The notes under the pieces were generated by a model. It was not told the origin of the DNA, made no database searches, and saw only the letters and a list, made by a program, of their open reading frames with translations. Source: Rubrivivax sp. (GTDB taxonomy: Bacteria > Pseudomonadota > Gammaproteobacteria > Burkholderiales > Burkholderiaceae_C). From it: a DNA stretch of 64,000 bases. Below, piece by piece: positions 31,071 to 37,973 of this stretch (positions are counted from its first letter, which is position 1; each line of letters starts with the position of its first letter). The stretch spans positions 12,450 to 76,449 of the forward strand of contig JADJHR010000013.1 in the NCBI GenBank assembly GCA_016707445.1, in the 5' to 3' direction. A program made the translations under genes and the position numbers.

Positions 31071-31223
31071 ATGAAGCATCTGTCGTCTGCGCTGTACCTG
31101 CTGACCGCCCTGGGTGCGCTGGCCTGCGCTGCGATGCAGCCCGAGCATCGACTGGCTGTCGATCTCGGTGTGGTCGTCGCCATCGCCCCCGTCGTTACCC
31201 CCTTTCACCAGGAACATCCATGA
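31071..31223 (+). CDS. candidate 50-aa lipoprotein (below the ORF-track size cut-off)
   Basis: MKHLSSALYLLTALGALACAAMQPEHRLAVDLGVVVAIAPVVTPFHQEHP. Lipobox ALAC. Its stop overlaps the next ATG (ATGA at 31220-31223). Confidence 0.45.
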   Translation: MKHLSSALYLLTALGALACAAMQPEHRLAVDLGVVVAIAPVVTPFHQEHP

Positions 31224-31603
31224 AATCCATTTTCCTATCCACTTCCATCCGCCGGCGGCTGGCCGGTGCCACGCTTGGCCTCGTCGCCTTGACGCTGGCC
31301 GCCTGTGCCGGTGTGCCCGAACCGCGTGAACAGATGGCGGTCAGCCGGGCCGCGGTTGAGCGTGCCAGCGGCCCCGCCGCTGCCGAAGCGCCGGTCGAGC
31401 TGGCGGCTGCACGCGACAAGATCGCCCGTGCCACTGCAGCGCTGGCAAAGAAGGATTACGTGCAGGCTCGCCAGCTGGCCGAGCAGGCCGAGGCCGATGC
31501 CGTGCTGGCCGAGGCGCGCGCGCGTGCCCGACGCTCTGACCAGGCACTGACCGAGGTGCGCGAAAGCCTGCGCGCGCTGCGTGCCGAACTCAATCGACCC
31601 TGA
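31220..31603 (+). CDS. DUF4398 lipoprotein
   Basis: 127 aa, lipobox LAAC, helical body AVSRAAVERA...ELAAARDKIARATAALAKKDYVQARQLAEQAEADA. Confidence 0.8.
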   Translation: MKSIFLSTSIRRRLAGATLGLVALTLAACAGVPEPREQMAVSRAAVERASGPAAAEAPVELAAARDKIARATAALAKKDYVQARQLAEQAEADAVLAEARARARRSDQALTEVRESLRALRAELNRP

Positions 31604-31633
31604 TCTCCCGCCCTCGCAGCGAAAGGAACAACC

Positions 31634-32608
31634 ATGAAATCCATCCTCACCCTCGGCCCGATCGCGGCCGCCGTGCTGCTTGCGGCTTGTGCCAGCCAGC
31701 AGCCCCCGCCGCCTGAACTGCTGCAGGCGCGGTCGGCCGTGCAGACTGCCGGCGCCAACCCGCAGGTGCTGGCGAACGCACCGCTGGAGCTGAAGAAGGC
31801 CACCGATACCCTGGACCGTGCGAATGCGCTGAATGCCAAGGGTGAAAGCCTGGCTGAAGTCGCGAGCGCCGCCTACGTCGCGCGCCGCCAGGCCGAGACG
31901 GCCATGGCCGTTGCCGAGGCCAAGCAGAGCGCGGCCACCATCCAGTCGGCAGAAGCCGAGCGTGAGAGGGCGCGTGCCGATGCGCGCGCTGCCGACGCGC
32001 GCCGTGCCCAGGCGCAGGCGGCCAACGCCCGTGCCGACGCCAGTGGCGCGCGGGCTCAGGCCCTCTCGGCGCAGCAGCAGGCCGAGGCGGCGCGGGCGCA
32101 AGCCGACGCCTCGGAGGCGCGTGCCAAGGCGGCGCGCGATGAGGCTGCGAACGCTCAGGCCAGCGCCAGTGCGGCGCAACTGCAGGCCGCAGCGCTGCAG
32201 GCGCAACTCACCGAACTGCAGGCCAAACAGACCGACCGTGGCATGTTGGTGACGCTGGGCGACGTGCTGTTCGAGTTTGGCCGCGCCGACATCAAACCCG
32301 GATCGCAGGGTGCCTTGCGCAAGCTGGCCGACTACCTGCAGCAGCACACGGACAGGCGCGTGCTGATCGAGGGTTACACCGACAGCGTGGGCAGCGATGC
32401 GGCCAACCTGACGCTGTCTCAGCGTCGCGCCGATTCGGTCGCCGCTGCGCTGGGGGCGATGGGCGTAGCCACATCACGCATCAGCACACGCGGCTACGGC
32501 GAAAGCTATCCGGTGGCCGACAACGGCACCGAAACCAACCGTGCGTTGAACCGTCGTGTCGAGGTCTACATCTCCGACAACGACCAGCCGGTGCGCTCCC
32601 GCGGCTGA
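31634..32608 (+). CDS. DUF4398-coiled coil-OmpA-domain lipoprotein
   Basis: Lipobox LAAC, N-terminal DUF4398-like helices, Ala/Gln/Arg-rich coiled coil. C-terminal OmpA_C: GMLVTLGDVLFEFGRADIKPGS...IEGYTDSVGSDAANLTLSQRRADSV...NRALNRRVEV. Confidence 0.88.
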   Translation: MKSILTLGPIAAAVLLAACASQQPPPPELLQARSAVQTAGANPQVLANAPLELKKATDTLDRANALNAKGESLAEVASAAYVARRQAETAMAVAEAKQSAATIQSAEAERERARADARAADARRAQAQAANARADASGARAQALSAQQQAEAARAQADASEARAKAARDEAANAQASASAAQLQAAALQAQLTELQAKQTDRGMLVTLGDVLFEFGRADIKPGSQGALRKLADYLQQHTDRRVLIEGYTDSVGSDAANLTLSQRRADSVAAALGAMGVATSRISTRGYGESYPVADNGTETNRALNRRVEVYISDNDQPVRSRG

Positions 32609-32668
32609 ATCACACTGCCGGTTCCGCCCGGCGCCTGAAGCCGACCCCGACCAGCCAGGAGACCTGCC

Positions 32669-33214
32669 ATGAACACCGCTCACTCCCCAGACGACCGAGA
32701 TCGTGTGCACCAGACCACCGAGGCCGAGGTCGTCGGCCTGCGCAACGTGGGCTATCTGCCCCGCCGTCGCCGTTGGCCCGGTGTGCTGGCCGCAGCGGTG
32801 ATCGGTGCCGGCGTGGCCGCGGCGGCGGTGTCCAGCTACTACGACAGCCGCAGCATCGGCCAGCGCATCGACGCGTCGCTGGGCGCGGTCGAACGTGGCG
32901 TCGACGCGCATGTGGCCAAGCTCGAGGCCGGTGTTTCAGTGGTGGCCAGCCAAGGGGGGCGAACCGGCGAACGGGTGGTTGCCACGCTGACCGATGCCGG
33001 CATCACGGCCAGCGTCAAGACCGCGCTGGCGGCCGACCCCGCGCTGAGCGCGCTGCAGATCAACGTCGACACCCACGACGGCGTGGTGACGCTGTCTGGC
33101 CCGGCGCCCGATGAAAAGGCGCGCGATCGTGCTGCCGTGCTGGCCGCGGCACCCGACGGCGTGCACCAGGTGGACAACCGGCTGGTCGTGCTGGCACCGG
33201 TCAGCCGTCTCTGA
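32669..33214 (+). CDS. membrane-anchored BON-domain protein
   Basis: 181 aa, one TM (WPGVLAAAVIGAGVAAAAV). BON core DAGITASVKTALAADPALSALQINVDTHDGVVTLSGPAPDEKARDRA...VHQVDNRL. SD aggaga. Confidence 0.85.
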   Translation: MNTAHSPDDRDRVHQTTEAEVVGLRNVGYLPRRRRWPGVLAAAVIGAGVAAAAVSSYYDSRSIGQRIDASLGAVERGVDAHVAKLEAGVSVVASQGGRTGERVVATLTDAGITASVKTALAADPALSALQINVDTHDGVVTLSGPAPDEKARDRAAVLAAAPDGVHQVDNRLVVLAPVSRL

Positions 33215-33338
33215 CCGGTCGTGGCATTCGGCTGCCGGGCCTCGGGCCGGGTGGCCGCCGACACCGGCTTTGGGGTCGGTGATGGCGAGATGGCATGCTC
33301 GGGGTTGACTTGGCTCCTGCTTTCCCGCCGTCACTGAC

Positions 33339-35000
33339 ATGCATTCTTTCGTCTGCACCTGCTGCACGCGCAATGTGTTCTTCGAGAACGACCAGTGCGG
33401 CCAGTGTGGCTCGCTGCTCGGCTACGTGCCGGCTGAAGGGCGCCTGGTGGCTTTCGTGCAGCCCGTCGCCGGTGGCGACGTCTGGTGGCGGCGGGCCGGC
33501 GACGACGGGCCGGCGCTGCGCCCTTGTCGCAACCGCATCGAGCACGCGGTCTGCAACTGGATGATCGACGCCGGCGACGGCCAGCCGCTGTGCCGCAGCT
33601 GTCGCCTGAACCTGACCATACCCGACCTCGGCGTGCCTGGCCATGTCGAGCGTTGGGCCGATGTCGAGCAGGCGAAACGACGGCTGATGTTCAAGCTGCT
33701 TCAGCTCGGCCTGGACGTGCAGCCGCGCATCGACGACAACGACAACTTGGGGCTGGGCGTGCGAATCCTGGCACCGCAGGCCGCGGGCGAGGCGGTGCTG
33801 ACCGGACATGCCCAGGGCGTGATCACGATCAACCTGCAAGAGGCCGACGACGTGCACCGCGAGGCCACGCGCGTGGCCTTTGGTGAACCCTGGCGCACCC
33901 TGCTCGGCCATCTGCGGCATGAGGCCTCGCACTACTTGCAGCACCGCTGGATCGCCGGCCATGGCCCGGCACTGGACTTGTGGCGTCAGACCTTTGGTGA
34001 CGAACGGCAGGACTATGCCCAGGCGCAAGGGCGTTACCACGCCCAGGGCCCGACACCCGGCTGGCCCGAGCACTTCATCACCGCCTATGCCAGCGTGCAT
34101 CCGCATGAAGACTGGGCCGAAACCTGTGCGCACCTTCTGCTGGTGGCCGACGCCCTGGAAACCGCCGCCAGCTGGGGCTTGAGCCTGGCCAGCCGCGTGG
34201 CCAGAACGCAGCCAGGCATCGACGTGCTCGACCCAAAGCTCACGCGCGAACTGGTGCTGACCCATTGGTTGCCAATCGCGCAGTTTCTCAACGCGATGAA
34301 CCGCAGCCTGGGGCTGAAGGACAGCTATCCCTTCCTGATGCCCGGCGCAGTGGTGCACAAGATGGCGGTGGCCGCGCAGTTGCTGCAGATGGTGACGCAG
34401 CCGACCGCGGCGCCGCTGCTTTGTGATCAGCCGCTGGCCGAATTGCAGCCGTTGCTGGCGCGCCGCTCGGTCGGCCCGCGCGGCTTGCGACCGCCGGGCC
34501 CCACACCCGAACAATGGCAGCAGGCGGCCGAGCTCGCGCTGCGGGCGCCCGACCATCAGGGCCTGCGTCCGTTTCGCTTCGTGCATGTGGGCGCTGACGA
34601 GCGGGCGGCACTGGGCGAGCTGTTCGCACAAGCGGCCCGCGACCAAGGCCGCGACGAAGACGGCGTGGCGCTGGCGCGTGAGCGTGCGGCCAGCGGGCCC
34701 GGCCTGTTGGCGGTGCTGGCGCGCATCCGCGACGATCTGCCCGAGGTGCCGGCGCACGAACAATGGCTCTGCGTCGGCGCCGCGGTGATGAACCTGCTCA
34801 ATGCGCTGCACCTGATGGGCTATGGCGCCAAGGTTCTGGGCGGCGGTGCGGCGCGTGCCGAGGTGGTGCGGCGGGCCTTCTGCCAGTCCGGCGAGCAACT
34901 GGCCTGCTGGGTGGTTGCAGGGTCGGTCGACGGTGATGCGGGCCTGTCAGATCGTGAACGGCCGGCCGGTCTGATCAGCGACTGGCAGCCCCCGCTGTAG
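33339..35000 (+). CDS. single 553-aa ORF: zinc-ribbon + putative zinc metallopeptidase (aa 1-~350) run on in frame into a nitroreductase-family domain (aa ~351-553)
   Basis: N-terminus CTCCTRNVFFENDQCGQCG and HExxH (RHEASHYLQH). From ATG 34389: MVTQPTAAPLLCDQPLAELQPLLARRSV...APDHQGLRPFRFVHV..., a complete nitroreductase-like unit. There is no stop between the two parts. Confidence 0.65.
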   Translation: MHSFVCTCCTRNVFFENDQCGQCGSLLGYVPAEGRLVAFVQPVAGGDVWWRRAGDDGPALRPCRNRIEHAVCNWMIDAGDGQPLCRSCRLNLTIPDLGVPGHVERWADVEQAKRRLMFKLLQLGLDVQPRIDDNDNLGLGVRILAPQAAGEAVLTGHAQGVITINLQEADDVHREATRVAFGEPWRTLLGHLRHEASHYLQHRWIAGHGPALDLWRQTFGDERQDYAQAQGRYHAQGPTPGWPEHFITAYASVHPHEDWAETCAHLLLVADALETAASWGLSLASRVARTQPGIDVLDPKLTRELVLTHWLPIAQFLNAMNRSLGLKDSYPFLMPGAVVHKMAVAAQLLQMVTQPTAAPLLCDQPLAELQPLLARRSVGPRGLRPPGPTPEQWQQAAELALRAPDHQGLRPFRFVHVGADERAALGELFAQAARDQGRDEDGVALARERAASGPGLLAVLARIRDDLPEVPAHEQWLCVGAAVMNLLNALHLMGYGAKVLGGGAARAEVVRRAFCQSGEQLACWVVAGSVDGDAGLSDRERPAGLISDWQPPL

Positions 35001-35001
35001 C

Positions 35002-35223
35002 TCAGTCTGCGTCGATCCAGCCCAGCGCCCACAACACGGCAGCGGGCAGGGCCTCGGTGGCGGCCTCGCTGGGCGGGCGGCCGAGGCCGAAGCGTTCGGC
35101 ATGCAGGCCCAGCAGCGTGACCGGCGGCGGCTGCCGCAGCGCATCGAGGAACAGCGGCCCCACGGCATCGTCACCGCGCGAGCGGTTGCCCCAGGCGATG
35201 ATCAGCAAGGGTTTGACGGCCAT
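35002..35223 (-). pseudogene. hoxW: hydrogenase maturation endopeptidase, truncated to 73 aa
   Basis: MAVKPLLIIAWGNRSRGDDAVGPLFLDAL... matches the protease N-terminus. The ORF stops right after ...LGWIDAD, about half the normal length, 2 nt from the convergent gene's stop. Confidence 0.7.
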
Positions 35224-35228
35224 GCGAT

Positions 35229-36716
35229 TCAGGCCCGTTCAAATCGGCCGTCGCCGTGGCGGGTCAGTCGGCTGCGCAGCGCGCCGCCCTGATCGACCAG
35301 GTCGACCTGCAACGGCATCGAGCCCAGCGCATGCGTGGCGCAGCTCAGGCAGGGGTCGTACGCACGGATCGCAACCTCGATCTCGTTGAGCAGGCCTTCG
35401 CTGATATCGCGACCGTCGAAGCGTTCGGCTGCCACGGCGCGCACCGACTCGTTCATCGCCTGGTTGTTGTGCGTGGTGCTGACGATCAGGTTGCACATCG
35501 TCACCAGGTCGTCGGCACCGACGCGGTAGTGGTGGATCAGCGTGCCGCGTGGCGCTTCGATCACGCCGATGCATTCTTCGGCACGCGGGCCTGACGCGGT
35601 CAGCACGCCCTGCAGCAGGTCGCCGTCGTGCAGCAGATCGGCCATGACCTCCATCGCGTGCAGCAGCTCGATCATGCGTGCCCAGTGCGTGGCCAGCGCG
35701 CCGTGGATGATCTGGCCATGACCGCTGTCGACGAACTCGCGGCGCTCGCGTTCCGCGCGCGGCGTGGCGATGAAGTTGCAGTTCTGCACCCGCGCCAGCG
35801 GCCCCACGCGGTACCAGCCGTCGGTGGGCCCCAGGCTGCGCAGGTACGGGAACTTCATGTAGGTCCAGGGCTTGACCTCTTCCTCGATCAGGTCGAGGTA
35901 GGTTGCCGGGTCCTGGTCATCGAGCAGGATGTTGCCGGCGGCGTCGCGCACGCGGATCACGCCGTCGTACAGCTCGAGCGCGCCATCGCCAGGCCGCACC
36001 AGCGACAGCATCTTGGCCGGTACGAGGCCGAACGACTCGTGCCGCGCCACGTCGGCCGCGTGCAGCCGCTTGACCAGCGCCACCGCGTCTTCGGCCCATT
36101 CGATCATCTGCTGCACGTCGCGCGACAGCAGCGCGTGGTCCTCGGGCTGCAACAGCCGGTTCATGCCGCCGGGCACCGAGCCGGTGCCGTGGATGCGCTT
36201 GCCGGCGGTGGCACGAATCACCTCTTGCCCGTACTTGCGCAGCAGGATGCCCTTCTTGGCGATGTCGGGGTGGGCCTGCGCCACGCCGACGATGTTGCGT
36301 CGCGCCGGCTCGGCGTCGAAGCCGAACAGCAGGTCAGGGCTGGCCAGGTGGAAGAAGTGCAGCGCATGGCTTTGCATCACCTGGCCGTAGTGCATCAGCC
36401 GGCGCAGCTTGTCGGCGCTGGGCGGCACGGGTCGGGCGCCGACCACGGCGTCCAGCGCCTTGCTGGCCGCCAGATGGTGCGACACCGGGCAGATGCCGCA
36501 CAGCCGCTGCACCATCACCGGCACTTCCCAGTAGGGGCGGCCGCAGATGAACTGCTCGAAGCCGCGGAACTCGACGATGTGCAGCCGCGCCTGCTGCACG
36601 CGGTTGTGTTCGTCGACCAGCAGCGTGACCTTGCCATGGCCTTCGACGCGGCTGATCGGGTCGATCGCCACGCGGCGCAGGCCCTGGGGCTGGGCCGCAG
36701 TTTCGAGATCAGTCAT
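35229..36716 (-). CDS. hoxH: NAD-reducing [NiFe]-hydrogenase large (catalytic) subunit
   Basis: 495 aa: RVEGHGKV, RLCGICPVSHHLA, C-terminal DPCLSCATH followed by a cleavable extension. Confidence 0.93.
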   Translation of the reverse strand: MTDLETAAQPQGLRRVAIDPISRVEGHGKVTLLVDEHNRVQQARLHIVEFRGFEQFICGRPYWEVPVMVQRLCGICPVSHHLAASKALDAVVGARPVPPSADKLRRLMHYGQVMQSHALHFFHLASPDLLFGFDAEPARRNIVGVAQAHPDIAKKGILLRKYGQEVIRATAGKRIHGTGSVPGGMNRLLQPEDHALLSRDVQQMIEWAEDAVALVKRLHAADVARHESFGLVPAKMLSLVRPGDGALELYDGVIRVRDAAGNILLDDQDPATYLDLIEEEVKPWTYMKFPYLRSLGPTDGWYRVGPLARVQNCNFIATPRAERERREFVDSGHGQIIHGALATHWARMIELLHAMEVMADLLHDGDLLQGVLTASGPRAEECIGVIEAPRGTLIHHYRVGADDLVTMCNLIVSTTHNNQAMNESVRAVAAERFDGRDISEGLLNEIEVAIRAYDPCLSCATHALGSMPLQVDLVDQGGALRSRLTRHGDGRFERA

Positions 36717-37269
36717 ACCGCAGCAGTTGATGGCCCAGATGCGGCGTGCGCCCGGCCATCAGGTCGGTCAGGAACTGCCAGAACGCATCGGCGCTGGGCG
36801 GGCATCCCGGCAGGCTGTAGTCGATGTGCACCACCTCGTGGATCGGGTGCACACGGTTCAGCGGCAGCGGCAGTTCGGGGTCGTCGGGCACGGCGGCGCC
36901 GGCCGCCAGCCCCGGGCGCTGCCGGTAGACGTCGGTCAGCAGCCGGCCCAGGTCGAGGTGGTTGCGCTGCGCCGGCAGGCCGCCGGTGATGGCGCAGGCG
37001 CCCACCGCCACCAGCGTCTTGCAGTGGGCGCGGAACTCGCGCAGCACGTGCACGTTCTCGGCGTTGCACAGGCCACCCTCGACCAGGCCGATGTCGCACG
37101 GCCCGACCTGCTTGATGTCGGTCAGCGGCGAGCGGTCGAACTCGACCTTCTCGATCAGCTCGAACAGCCGCTCGTCGATGTCGAGAAAGCTCATGTGACA
37201 GCCGAAGCAGCCGGCCAGCGACACGGTGGCCAGCTTGAGCTTGCGCGGTGCCTGCAGTTCGGCGGTCAC
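36709..37269 (-). CDS. hoxY: NAD-reducing hydrogenase small subunit
   Basis: 186 aa: KLKLATVSLAGCFGCHMSFLDIDE..., GACAITGG, SLPGCPP. Overlaps hoxH by 8 nt. Confidence 0.9.
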   Translation of the reverse strand: MTAELQAPRKLKLATVSLAGCFGCHMSFLDIDERLFELIEKVEFDRSPLTDIKQVGPCDIGLVEGGLCNAENVHVLREFRAHCKTLVAVGACAITGGLPAQRNHLDLGRLLTDVYRQRPGLAAGAAVPDDPELPLPLNRVHPIHEVVHIDYSLPGCPPSADAFWQFLTDLMAGRTPHLGHQLLRYD

Positions 37270-37973
37270 GGCGCTTCGTCCTCGGGCGCGCTGCTGATCG
37301 GCAGGCGGTCGTAGAGGCGCTGCCCGATGGGCACGTCGAAGCCGCGGCGCTTCTTCAGGATCACGCCCACCGGGCAGATGTTGGCGGCCAGGTCATCGGG
37401 GTGGATGTCGCTGTCGACCAGGCGGCCGCTGGCACTGTTGACCACCAGGTGCGAGGCGATGCCATGACCTCCGAGTGCGAACACCGCCTTGCCGTCGTAC
37501 TGTTCGCTGGCGCGCACGCACAGCCCACACAGGATGCAGCGGTTGAACTCGAGCAGCAGGTCGGCGTGGCTGGCATCGATCGGGCGGTCGGGGTAGAACT
37601 CTTCGAAGTGCGGCCCTTCGATGCCGGCGGCGTAGGCCGTGGCCTGCAGCTTGCAACGCCCGCTTTGCTCGCAGCTGGGGCAGAAGTGGTTGCCTTCGAC
37701 GAACAGCATCTGCAGCAGCGACCGGCGCTGCGCGTCCAGGGCCTCGTCGTGCAGCGTCACCTCCAGCCCCTCACTGGCTGCGGTGGTGCAGGCGGCCATC
37801 GTGCGCGTGCCCACCTTGACCGTGCACACGCGGCACGAGCCGTGCGGCGCAAAACCTTCGTGCCAGCACAGGTGCGGGATGTAGCGGCCGGCACGCGTGG
37901 CGGCCTCGAGCACGGTTTCGCCGGGCGTGAAGGGCAGCTCGTCGCCGCCGAGCAGGAAATGCGGGCGGTTCAT
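37266..37973 (-). CDS. hoxU: NAD-reducing hydrogenase diaphorase FeS subunit
   Basis: 235 aa: 2Fe-2S N-terminus (CWHEGFAPHGSCRVCTV) plus 4Fe-4S motifs (CPSCEQSGRCKLQ; CILCGLCVR). 4-nt overlaps on both sides. Confidence 0.9.
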   Translation of the reverse strand: MNRPHFLLGGDELPFTPGETVLEAATRAGRYIPHLCWHEGFAPHGSCRVCTVKVGTRTMAACTTAASEGLEVTLHDEALDAQRRSLLQMLFVEGNHFCPSCEQSGRCKLQATAYAAGIEGPHFEEFYPDRPIDASHADLLLEFNRCILCGLCVRASEQYDGKAVFALGGHGIASHLVVNSASGRLVDSDIHPDDLAANICPVGVILKKRRGFDVPIGQRLYDRLPISSAPEDEAP

